A DNA stretch of 64,000 nucleotides from the human T2T-CHM13v2.0 reference genome, Homo sapiens, in the NCBI RefSeq assembly GCF_009914755.1, contig NC_060933.1; one strand, 5' to 3'. A model generated the notes under the pieces. That model was not told the origin of the DNA and ran no database searches. It worked only from the letters and a program-made list of their open reading frames with translations. Every line of letters starts with the position of its first letter. Position 1 is the stretch's first letter. Positions 41,044-55,702 of this stretch are shown here, in pieces. The translations under genes and the position numbers were made by a program.

Positions 41044-41916
41044 TTCTAATTTGCTCTTGAGATCTCTCTCAAGAGAGTTTATACAGACTCTAGCTCTTTA
41101 ATGATGGAACTCCAAAGGATTTGGTGATGGATGTTTACATTGTACCTTTCTTAGGATACTTCTTTATTCTGGCAGACAGTCTAATGCCTAAGTGTTTGAC
41201 CTGTGGTCACGTGTCCCTCTCACAGGAAACTTGTTTATACTGGCAGATGCTCTTGTCTATCCTGTGTTCAGCTTATTCCTGCCAAGACAGCCACTCTCTA
41301 GGAGAGCCCTGACCAGGACAGAATTTATTTTACTGTGTGTTGGTTAGGTGAGACACAGAGGAGGCAATGCAACAAAACACAGGAAGTAACAGAAGTAGTT
41401 TATTACTTCCTGATCCCAGAGAGAAGAGGAAAGCATGCTTCATAGGACAATGGGAACTGGGGAGCCATCTGGGAGATGCATACACAACCAGTGGGTGGGG
41501 AGCAAAAGAGAGAGACATGGACCTGTGGTTTGAGGCATTTATTGGGACCCAGGGTGTTACCCAAGAAGTTTTCCCACAGAGACTTCTAACTGGTAGGTTT
41601 AGAGCAATCAGGTATGAGTTCCATGGAGGCAGGTTATCACTTAGAGGTGGTCACTGAATATCTGTATGATCCATGTGGCGTGTAGGGGTCAGTGGTACAA
41701 AGCAAGAACATTGTATCTACTGTCCCATAGGGAGGTGGTCACCAGGAGGTGGTTGTATAAGGCAGATACCTGTATCAACCATGATGAGGAACAATAAAGA
41801 GATAGATAACTAGAAACTGTTGCAGGGGTGACGGACCCCTGCTTCTAGTATGAGGAAGTACAACCTAGATTTAGAATAAATGCCAAAGAAACACAAAATT
41901 ATAAGAATTCACTAGA
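41007..41916 (-). mobile_element. ERV1 (MER4-group, MER49-like) solo LTR
   Basis: The minus-strand start T(C)TAGTGAATTCTTATAATTTT resembles a MER4-group LTR terminus. Internal AATAAA. Apparent 4-bp TSD AAGA at 41003-41006 and 41917-41920. Family name is from memory. Confidence 0.6.
41012..41038. repeat. (TG)n microsatellite
   Basis: Read directly from the sequence. Confidence 0.9.
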
Positions 41917-44900
41917 AAGACATACATAGGCCGAAAATGAAGGGATGGAAAAAGATATTCCATGCAAATAACAACCAAAAAAGAGGAAGAGTTGCTATAC
42001 TAACATCAGACAAAATAGACTTCAAGTCAAAAACTGTCACAAGAGACAAAGAAGTTCATAACATAATGGTAAAGGGATCAAGAGGACATAATAATTGTAA
42101 ATATATATGTACCTAATATTGGAACACCAAAATATGTAAATCAAATATTAGTGGACATAAATAAATAGACAGTAATATAATAATAGTAGGGACTTGAATA
42201 CCCTACTTTCAAAACTGGAGAGATCAACCAGACAGATGATTAACAAGGTAATATTGAACCTGAACTACACATTAGACCAAATAGACCGAACAGACATACA
42301 CAGAACATTCCATCCAACAGTAGCAGAACACACACTCTTCTCAAATGAACTGAAACATTCTCCAGGATAGATCATATGTTAGGACACAAAACATGTCTGA
42401 AAAAATTTAAGAAGACTGAAATTATATCAAGTATCATTTCTAACTACCATGTTATGAAACTAGAAATAACAGGAAGAAAACTGGAAAATTAATGAATATG
42501 TGGAAATTAAACAACACACTCCCAAAAATCAATGGGTCACAGAAGAAATCAAAAGGGAAGTTAAATATATCTTGAGACAAACAAAAATGGAAATACAACA
42601 TATTAAAACTTACAGAATACCACAAAAGCAGTTCTAAGCAGGAAGTTTATAGCCATAAACAGCTACATTTAAAAAGAAAGATCTCACAGAAATAGCCTAA
42701 CATTACACCTTGAGGAGCTAGAAAAAGAATAACTAAAACCAAAGTTAGCAGAAGGAAAGAAATAATAAAGATCAGAGCAGAAATAAATCAAATAGGAAAC
42801 AGAGAAAGTACAGAAAAAAAATTTAAAAAAACTAATAGTTGGTTTCTCTAAAAAATAAAACCAATAAATTCATAGCCAAAAAGACTCAAATAAATAAAAT
42901 GAAGATATTACAACGAATGCCTCAGAAATAAAAAGGATCACAAGGTATTATTATGAGCAATTACATGCCACCCAACTGGATAAACTAGGGAAAATGGATG
43001 AATCCTAGAAAAATACAACCTACCAACATTGAATCAGAAAGAAATGAAAAGCCTGAACAGACTGATAACAAATATAGAGACTGAAGGAGACATTAAAAAC
43101 CTCCTGACAAAGAAAAGCCCAGGACCAGATGCCATCATGGCTGAATTTTACCAAACATTCAAAGAAGAATTAATACCAATCCTTTTTAAACTCTTCCAAA
43201 AATATAACCAGAAGCAATACTACCAAATACATTTTTATGTTGCCAGCATTACCTTGATAATGAAACAAAAGACAGTGCAAGAAAACTATAGGCCTATATC
43301 TCTGATGGGTATAGATGCAAAAATTCTCAATAAAATACTCACATACTGAATTCAACAATAGATCAAAATGATTATACAGCATGACCAAGTTGGATTTATC
43401 TGTGGCATGCAAGGCTGATTTAACACATGCAAATCAATCGATGTGACACATCACATTAAAACAATAAAAAATAAAACCACGTGATCATCTCAATTGATGC
43501 AGAAAAAGCATGTGACAAAGTTCAATATAATTTCTTGATTATAAGCTCTCAACAATATAAGTATAGAAAGAAATTTCCTCAATATGATAAGGGAAATTTA
43601 GGAAAAGCCCATAGCCAACATCATAATCTATGGGGGAAAACAGATAGCTTTCCTCTAAGATTTAAGAAAGATTTCCTCTAAGACAAGGCAAGGATGCCCA
43701 TTCTCACCACTTGTATTCAAGTAGTACTGGAAGTAACAACAAGAGCAATCAGGCAAGAAAAATAAATAAAAGGCAACTGAACATTGTCGAATTCAGTGTG
43801 TGAGTATTTTATTAAGAAGTTTTGCATCTATGCTCATCAGAGATATAAGTCAGAAAGGCAGAAGTAAAATTATTTCTATTTGCAGTTAACATGATCCTAT
43901 AAGAAGAAAACTCCAAAGATTCCACCAAAAAACTGTTAGAATAAAGGAATTCAGTAAAGTTGCAGAATATAAAATCAACATACAAAAATGGGTTGCATTT
44001 TTGTATACCAATAATGACCTATCCAAAAAAAATTTGAGAACACATGATCACATAAAAAAGAAAAAAATACTTAGGAATAAATTTAACCAAGAAAGTGAAA
44101 GATTTGTACACTGAAAACTATAAAACATTAATAAAGAAATTGAACACCCAAATAAATGGAAAGATGTATTATGTTCCTGGTACACATACATACAATGGAA
44201 TATTATTCAGCCTTAAAAAAGATCTTGCCATTAGCCACACATGAATAAACCTGGAGGACATTATGCTAAGTGAAATAAACCACACACAGAAAGAAAAATA
44301 CAGCATGATCTCGCTTACATGTGGAATGTAAAAAAAAAAAAAAAAAAAGTTGAGTACATACAGACAGAGAATAAAATGGTTACCAGGGGGTTTCTCGGGG
44401 TAAGGAGCAAATAGGAGGTAAGTCAAAGGGTACCAAGTTGGAACAATTAATACTGTTAGAGTGTCTGTACTACTCAAAGCAATATACAGTTTTGACATAA
44501 TCCTTACCAAAATTCCAATGTAATTTTTCAGAGACATGGTAAAAACAATTCTAAAATTCATTTGGAACCACAAAAGACTCCCACAGCAATTGAGAAGAAA
44601 AACAGATCCTTGTACCAGATCTTAGTGGAAAAGATTTCAGGTTTTTCCCATGGATTATTATGTTAGCTCTGGGTTTTTCATGAATGGCCTTCATTATGTT
44701 GAGCAACTTTTCTTCTGTACCTAAACTGTTGAGAGTTTTTACTAATAAAGTATGTTGGACCCTGTCAGATACATTTTCTGTATCAATAGAGATGACTATG
44801 TGGTTTTTATTTTTCATTCTGTTATTGTGATGTATCACATTGATTGATTTACATATGTTGAACATGATTGCCAGCTAGAAAGACCCTGAATAGTCAAAAA

Positions 44901-46424
44901 ATTCTGGGAAAGAAAGACAAAGTTGGAGGCATCATACTTCCTGATTTCAAATTCTTTACAAAAGTATTGCAAGCAAAACCACATAAAAACAGAAACACTG
45001 ACCAATGGAACAAAACACAGAGCCCAGAAAGAAACCCAAATATATGTGATCAACTAATTTTCAACAAAGACCCAAGAATACACAATGGGGAAAGGATAGT
45101 CTCAATAAATGGTGGCAGGAAACCTGGATATCCACATGCAAAAGAATTAAATCAAACCCTTATCATATACCATACACAAACTCAATGCAAAATGGATAAA
45201 AGACCTAAATGGGATACCCAAAACCATAAAAGTCCCAGAAGAAAACAAAGGGGGAAAGATTCTTGACAATGGCCTTGGAAATTATTCTTTGGATATCACA
45301 TCAAAAGCTCAGTCTATAAAAGCAAAAATAAGCCCAAGCTTCTGCACAGCTAAACAAAACAAAACAAAAACCCAGCAAAAAAAAAAAGGCAGCCTACAGA
45401 TTACAAAAAAAAAAAAAAAAATTGCAAACCATACATTTGATAAGGGGTTGATATTCAAAATATATAAAGAACTTGCAAACTCAAAATGAAAATAATATAA
45501 AGAACCCAATTAAAAACTGGGCAAAGAATCTGAATAGACATTTCTCCAAAGACATACAAACGGCTAACAAGGATACAAAAATGTGCTCAACATCGCCAAT
45601 CATCAGGGAAATGAAAATCAAAACCCCAATGAGATATTGCCTCACACCTGTTGGGATGGTTATAATAAAAAAAGATGAGTAGCAAGTGTTGGTAAGGGTA
45701 TAGATAAAAGGGAACTTTTGTATACTGTTAGTGGGAATGAAAACTAGTGTAGCCATTACAGAAAACAAGTATTGGAGGTTTCATTAAAAATAGAATTACC
45801 ATTTGACTCAGAAATCCCTCTGCTTGGTATATACCTGAAGAACACAAAATCAGCACTTTGTAGAGATATCTGCACACCCGTGCTCAATGCAGCATTATTC
45901 ACAATAGCCATAATATAGAAACAACCCAAATGTCAATGGGTAAATGGATAAACTGTGGCATGTGTATACACATACATACAATGGAATATTAGCCCAAGAT
46001 GCTGCCAATTGCCACACATGAATGAACCTGGAGAACATTATGCTAAGTGATATAAGCCACACACAGAAAGAAAAATACAGCATGATCTCACTCACTTATA
46101 CGTAAAATGTAAAAAAAAAAAAAAAAAAAAAGTAGAATAGAGACAGAGAATAAAATGGTCATTACCAGGGGGTTAATAGGAGTGAGGAGCAAATGAGAGG
46201 AGGTGAGTCAAAGGATACCAAGTTTGCAGGTATGTAGAATAAGTCTAGAGATTTAATGTACAGCATGAGGAGTATAGTCAATAATATTTTAATGTATTTG
46301 GAATTTTTGCTGAGAGAGTATATTTTAAGTTCTATTCCCACAAAAAGAGAGTATGTAAGATGATGGGTCTTTTAATTTGCTTGACTGTAGTAAACATTTC
46401 ACTGTATATAAAAAACCAGGTTAT

Positions 46425-46427
<3 letters not shown>

Positions 46428-46466
<39 letters not shown>
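46428..46466. repeat. (CA)n microsatellite
   Basis: Read directly from the sequence. Confidence 0.95.
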
Positions 46467-46470
<4 letters not shown>

Positions 46471-47059
46471 CTATGGGCATTTATTACAAATAGGCCTCCC
46501 TGCAAGAAATGCTAACGGGACTCTTTCAGGCTTAAATGAACCATAGTAACTCAAAGCCATATGAAGAAATAAAGATCTCTGAAAAAGGGAAATATACAAT
46601 CATAAAAGTGTTACTATAACTTTGGTTTGTAACTCTTTTTGTTTTCTACATGACTTATGAGACTAATATTTAAAAAATTACTAGTCTGTTTTTAGATACA
46701 AAATGCATTAATATGTAATTGTGTGACATCAACAACTGAAAAGTAGTGAAAATAAAGCTTTATAGGGGCAAGTTTTTTGTATGTTGTTAAGCTGTTTTGT
46801 ATGTATGTTAATTTACAAGTTATAACATTCTATAGAGTGTTATAAGTTGAGGAAGGTAATTGTAATGCCCATGGTAACCAGAAAGTAGGTACAGAATGTC
46901 CACAAAGGGAATGAGAAGGGAATTTAAATGTCTCACTACAAAAAAAATTAACTAAACCCAAAAGATGACTAACGTAGGAAATGAGGAACAAAAAGCTATA
47001 AGGTATATAGATAACAAGTACCAAAATAATAGAAGTTTCTCTTTATTAGTAGTTACTTT

Positions 47060-47365
47060 ATTATTTATTATTTTTTATTATTATTGAGATGAAGTCTCAC
47101 TCTGTCGCTCAGGCTGGAATGCAATGGTGCAATCTCGGCTCACTGTAACCTCTGCCTCCTGGGTTCAAGCAATTCTCCTGCCTCAGCCTCTGAGTAGCTG
47201 GGATTATAGGCGCCCACCACCACGCCTGCCTAATTTTTGTACTTTGAGTAGAGATGGGGTTTCACCATGTTGGCCAGGCTAGTCTCGAACTCCTGACCTC
47301 AAGTGATCTGCCTGCCTTGGCCTACCAAAGTGTTAGGATTACAGGTGTGAGCCACTCCGCCAGCC
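47060..47365 (-). mobile_element. AluSx with (TTA)n tail
   Basis: TSD GTAGTTAC(T/C)TTA. Confidence 0.9.
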
Positions 47366-47445
47366 TATTTGTAGTTACCTTAAATATAAATGTATCAAAT
47401 CCTCCAATCAAGAGACTCACAGAATGGATTGAAAAAACAAGATCC

Positions 47446-47788
<343 letters not shown>

Positions 47789-48446
47789 TTAACTCCAAGT
47801 CACAAATTGGTTGAAAGTGAGAGGACAGAAAAATATATTTCATGCAAGTGGTAACTGAAAGATAGCAAGTAGCTATATTATCAGACAAAATAAAGTTTAA
47901 ATCAGATGTTTACATGAGACAAAGGAGATTATATATTAATAAAAAGATTCAGTAGAGCAAGATGATATAAAAATTATAAACATTTATCTACCTAATAACA
48001 AACCATCAAAATATATAAAGCAAAAATGGACAAAATTGAAGGGAGAAATACAGTTGTATAATAATAGTTGGAGACTTTAGTACCTTACTGTCAGTAATGA
48101 ATAGTACAACCAGGTAGAAGACAAATAAGGAAGGACCTGAACATCATGATAAGCCAACTAGAGCCGACATATACAGAACACTCTACCCAACAATAACAGA
48201 ATACATATTAATCTCAAGTGCACATGGGATATTCTCCAGGATGGACTATGTGTTAGTACCCAAATGAAGCCTCAATAGATTGAAAAAAAAAATCATACAA
48301 AACCTCTTCTAAAACAAGTTAGAAGTGAATAACAGAGGAAAAATGGGAATATTCACAAATTTGTGGAAATTAAACAGATGTCCTCAAGCAAGAAACAGGT
48401 CAAAGATGAAATTACAAGGAAAAATAGAAAATACTTGAGACAAATA

Positions 48447-48754
48447 GGCCAGGCATGGTAGCTCATGCCTGTAATCCCAGCATGTTGGGAGGCTGAGGCA
48501 GGAGGATTGCTTGAGCACAGGAGTTCAATACGAGCCTGGGAAACAGACAGAGTACCGGTCTCTACAAAAAAACAAAAATGAGCCAGGCACAGTGGCGCAC
48601 ACCTGTAGTTCTAGCTACTCGTGAAGCTGAGGTGGGAGGATCACTTGAGCCTAGGAGGTCAAGGCTGCAATGAGCTGATTGTACCACCACACTCCAGCCT
48701 GGGTGAGAAGATGAGAGACGAGACCCTGTCTCAAAAAAAAAAAAAAAAAAAAAA
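48447..48754 (+). mobile_element. AluJ
   Basis: Diverged dimer with A tail. Confidence 0.85.
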
Positions 48755-49189
48755 GCAACAAATGAAGATGAAAAATAAAAATATAAACACTCATGGGATA
48801 CAGAAAAAGTAGGAGTAAGGGGGAAAATTTAAAGCTAAATAATACAAAAAGATTGGAAAAACATGCCAAGGAGTCTGGCTAAGCTAGACTTAATTTAAAA
48901 AGTTGTATTCATTTCTTTCAAGAAAAAATAGAATATAAAAACAAATTACCAATGTGTTCATTAGAAATGTCATTTGCTGACTCCTTTGTTTGACCAACCT
49001 CTATTGAGCAGGTGTGATATGCCTGAGCTTAATGCAGGGTACAATTGGATGTGGTCCAGAGCTAAAGTCATACTTCGTGTCTGCAGCTGCAGCCACATTT
49101 ACTCTCTTTTAGGCACAGAGGCCACTCTTGCTCTTGGACACAACACAGAAGGGAAGGCAGGTGCTGAGAAGCACTACTTAGCAACTTCA

Positions 49190-49570
49190 GTGGTGTATCA
49201 AGCCCACCAGCAAAAGCACCTGCTATGATCTCAGACCAATACAAGTCCCTGACTACCACAACCACCTGCAAGACGGAGCCCCCATGAGGGGTTACATAGA
49301 TGCCACATCCTTCCCTGCCCTAGACCTTCTCCAAGAAATCAGGTGGTACCAGAAATCCCAGGAGCCTCAAGAGCCCTTTCCAAATATGGGCTCAGGAAGT
49401 TGCTCAAACACTGTAATCTGATCTGCTTCTTTAGATCCTGGCTATTGGGGCTTTGCTTGCTACCTGGTTGGTTTGTTTGAAGACATCAATCTTTATGTTA
49501 TCCGTACCAAGCACATCTTGCCCAGGACTTTTGGCTGGCATGGTGCTTCTGGAAGACAAGCACTTGGCCT
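49190..49570 (+). pseudogene. Highly decayed histone H3 (H3.3-type) pseudogene relic
   Basis: Manual translation across frameshifts gives four aligned blocks. KSLTTTTTCKTEPP*GVT*MPHPSLP*T vs [38 protein letters not shown] vs LREIRRYQKS. PFQIWAQEVAQTL*SDLLL*ILAIGAL vs [45 protein letters not shown] vs [18 protein letters not shown]. Confidence 0.88.
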
Positions 49571-50161
49571 GCAGTCCCAGCATCACACATTATTCATCCT
49601 CTTATGGTGATGTGAACACTCAACTTTGCTTTTTCCAAGGACGTTACCAAAGCATATGATGCAAATGGAAAAATGAGCTGAGCCCCCTACTCCCCATTAA
49701 AAAGATGTGTATGTAAAGTATTAGTGAGGGAAAAATGTTTGGCAGTTTAAACTGATGGCAACTTAATGGTTTTGTTTTATATATAAACTTCAGTATTTGT
49801 TTTCCTATACGTTGTGACTATTGTCTGTCTTCTGTCCTGTTCCAGTAATTTTGATATAAAAAGAACTTATACTACCAAATGAAATATTGCCTATGTGTCA
49901 TCACTCAGCTCAACTTCCTCACCTCACCAGTACTGTCATATCCGTATCACTGATAAAAATGTTCCCCTTCGGAATATGGAATGGCCTTTATGAGTTCAGT
50001 CTCCTCTCAGAATCCTTGTTAAAATTCTACACTAACCCGGAAGATGAGTTCTCAAAACCTGGCCCAAGTCATGCCCCCATGAACTCTACACACTGGCAGG
50101 GTTCCCTTTACTACTTGAAATGATGTTTTTTTTTTCAGGTCCTGACATGTGTGAAGATTGC

Positions 50162-50558
50162 TGTTTTAGTCCATTTTGTGTTGTTTTAACAGAACACCAG
50201 AAACTGGGTAGCTTATAAAGAATAAAAGTTGTTGTTGTTTTTTTTAAAACACTTTTGGAGGCTGGAAAATCCAAGATCAAGGGGCCACATGTGGTGACTT
50301 CTTGCTATGTCATAACATGGCAGAAGGCATCACATGTGAGAGTGCCCATGAGAGAGCATGAGAGGGCTGAACTTGCTTTTATAACAAAGTCACTGTCTTG
50401 ATAATGAACCCACTCATGTGATAGAGAAATTAATCCATTCATGATGGCAGAGCACTCATGACCTAATCGCCTCTTTAAGGTTCCACATCTGAGCGCTGTT
50501 GCAATAGGAATTAAGTTTCCAACATACGAACTTTGGGGGGACACATTCAAACCATAGC
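50162..50558 (-). mobile_element. MSTC/MSTD-like MaLR solo LTR
   Basis: TGTTTTAGTCCATTT...ACACATTCAAACCATAGC. Confidence 0.8.
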
Positions 50559-51534
50559 TAATGTGAAACTTCACTCTTTTTGCCCATGATGGGGCCAACT
50601 CAACTGCCAGTCTCTGAATTCTCTTTTCTTTTAGAAGTTGTTGTGATGTGATTCTACTGCCTAGATAACTCAGAATGCAGTTCCTGTGTAAAACGCATCA
50701 CGGGACCCAACTGAAATCATCTCGAGTGTAACCAGGAAACAGAACTCAGGGCAAGAGTGGCCATTATATGCTGAAAAAAGCTAAGGGGTGGGTGTGTGCT
50801 ATCCTTCAATACCTGAAATGATTTTTCTCTAGAGTATTTAGATATCTGGTGTGTAACTTCTATCCTGGAATGTAACAAAAAAACCCAAGGTTGACAATAC
50901 TCCAGCTTAGTTCTGGATTCTTAAAACTTCCAGGAGAGGAAGGCTGGGGGTGCATGAAGTCATGCAGGAGCTTTTTGTGGAAAAGCAATTTATTGGGAAC
51001 TCAACAAACTGGGCTAAGTCATGTCAGCCAGTTGACAGAAGAATAAAAGGCTCAAGGTTTTAAAATTTTCAGAAACGGTCTCACCAGAGTGTTAAAGAAA
51101 AATTGATGTTACTATAGTATGAGGAACTCACACACCCCCATCACATCATGGCTGAATCTCCTTTAGGCCTAATTTATCTTTTTGTTTTATGAGTTATAAT
51201 CTTTCTTGAGGCTCTTTTAAGGAACACAGGTCTTTGATTTTTAATAATACTGGTAAAATATATAATGGTAATAATTATTACCTACTGCTCACTTATTCTG
51301 TGCCACGTATTAAGGAACAGACACAGATGAACTGAGACAATTCTTTCAGAAAGGATTGTAGGTAATTACCATTATTATGGTAATGAGGAGACTGAGACAT
51401 ATTAAAGAACTGACTTTCCAAGGTCACAGCCATATGGGAAGAAAGGGAATGAATAATCTAGTGATGTCAATAAGCCATTTAGTAAATTGAGAATCTGCTG
51501 GGTCTCATAACATATTGGGGACCCTAAACTCACT

Positions 51535-52700
<1,166 letters not shown>

Positions 52701-52713
52701 CAAGTATCATTAT

Positions 52714-53396
<683 letters not shown>

Positions 53397-54266
53397 GCAT
53401 CATTTTTGAAAACAATCATCATTTTCCCATCAAATTACCCTGGAACATTTGTCAAAAAACAACTGATGATGTTCAGTTACAACTCAGAGAAATAGAGAGC
53501 AGGCAAGAGCACTGCTTCTATTCATAAAACAAGAAAATAGTTGGGAAGACTTTAACTTTTCTTCAATGCACCAAATATCTGAAGCCACAGGGCAAAAAGC
53601 TATCTGGAAAACTAGGTGGTTGTAGAGAGAAACAAAGATCCAAGCAGTTTTTTAACTGAGAGAAAGAATGCCAAATGCCATATAAAGTGACTCCAGTGGG
53701 AAAACTAGACAACATGCAGTATCAGGTAGGTAACTGTGGCAGAGAGATAAAAACTATAATAAAATTACAATGCTAAAAATGAAAAACACAGTACCATAAA
53801 TGAAGAATGCCTTCCAAAGGTCCATTATTATACTCAACACTGCTAGGAAAGAATCAGTGATGTTGAAGATATATATATATATATTTGCTTGTGTATTTGT
53901 GTGTGAGAGACACACATAGAAAAAAAGAGAGAGAGAAATATATTGGTTGACACTGGCTTCTTTGAAAAAAGGCAGTTTAGTAACAATGGCCTTTACTAGA
54001 CAGACATGTTAGAAGGCAGCAGGAGAAAGGGAATGTGGTATCAGATATTTTCTGTAAAAGGTTTGTTATTAATATTCATGTGGCAAATTGTAGCTGATGT
54101 CAAAGTAGTTATAAAGCAAGGGGAACACAATTCTTTTACAGCAATGTTGAGGTCTAAGAAACATAAAACAAATACCTGGTAAGTACCATGCATATATACA
54201 TACATAAACAATCAATAACTCACAAAACATTCACATATTTGCAACACTGCTTTTCAGTTTATGCAG

Positions 54267-54297
54267 TTTATTTTTTGTTCTTTTTAAGCTTTTTATT
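54267..54297 (-). terminator. Candidate ZNF782 polyadenylation signals (AATAAA at 54272-54267 and 54297-54292)
   Basis: Two hexamers about 1.4 kb past the stop, followed downstream on the minus strand by U/GU-rich sequence. Other AATAAA sites exist at about 54714 and 55375. Confidence 0.5.
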
Positions 54298-55702
54298 ATA
54301 GTGAATGTCTTATATTTCATTAAAAGTTTTGATATTATATGTGAAACAACAGTTCTGATAAAGCAATATCTAGATAAAGGCTATTACTTACCTTTCTCAA
54401 ATTGATAGATTTTCTCCTTGTAACAAGCTCTGATATAAAATATGATAATTTGTTGAAAACTTTTACACATTCAAAACTAAATTATCATATATTTAATGAG
54501 ACTTTGGGTGTGTATGTGTGAGTGTGTGTCTGTGTGTGTGAAGAATTTCCTATATTTGTTAAAATGTCAGATTTCTTATGATATTACCTGTCTGATGAGG
54601 AAGACTTTGGGGATAAAAGCCATGGTCATTCAGGATGCTGTCCGAGATTTGTCCTATGTGACTTTTCTGACATACACTGAGTTCAGATGTCCTGAAAAAT
54701 CATACTCCTAAGTTTTATTATGTGAGGGTTGTTGAGTTTCTGTCAGTATCAAGTATACCCAAACCTTTAGAAGTTCAGCAGGGAACACATTTATTTCCTC
54801 ACTGCAAGAAGTCCAACTGTGTACAGGGAGGAGAAAACTCCATGCCACAGGATCCTTCTCTGACCCGGGGTTCCTACCATCTTGTACTTTCCATCATCAG
54901 AGCCTGAGTCCCAAGGTTTTCCTCCATTCCATTCTAATGAGGGATAGAAGAAAATATTGAGAATTTGACTGATGTATTTAAGACCTGTCACTGACCCCAT
55001 ATTCCACTAGCTAGAGGGTAACAATATGACCCCGTTTAGATGAGAGAGTGGTTGAGAAATTTAGGCCAGGTGTGGCATGAGGGAGAAGTGAAAATGATTA
55101 CTAGTGAACATTTCAATAGTTATTATACGACATATAGGGATTACCTCTGTGTAGGTTAAAATGAGGGTTGACATGGCAGAAGAATTTCCCACATCCATTA
55201 ACTTCATTTCTTGTTTGTTTTAATATACTATGAGGTCTCTATCTTGAATGTATTTTCTGCTGTACTGACTTTTCATTAAAGTTTATCACACACTTATTAT
55301 ATTCTAGCTTTTGTCATTGTGTGATTTCTCTGATGGTGAATGAGTTTTGATTGTTGGCACAAAGTTTTCACATTTTTATTACTTTCTCAGAGCTTTTCTG
55401 CAGCGTGAGTTTTCTGAGGAGTGAGTTCGCAAGAGTATTTTCCATATTCATTATGTTTATAGGGTTTCTTTGCTGTGTGAGTTCTGTATATCCATAGAAG
55501 ACTGGGCTCTGGCTGAAAGAATGCCCATATAAAATAGATTTCAACAATTTATCTTCTATTCTTTGATATTTGGTGGAGGCTGAAATTGTAGAGGAAATTC
55601 CAGTGCTCACTATGTTAACAGTTCTCTCCTGTGTGTTCATTTATGTATTGTGAGGTTTGATTTCCAGCTCAGAGTTTTTTCGTATTCTTTATATGCATAC
55701 AT

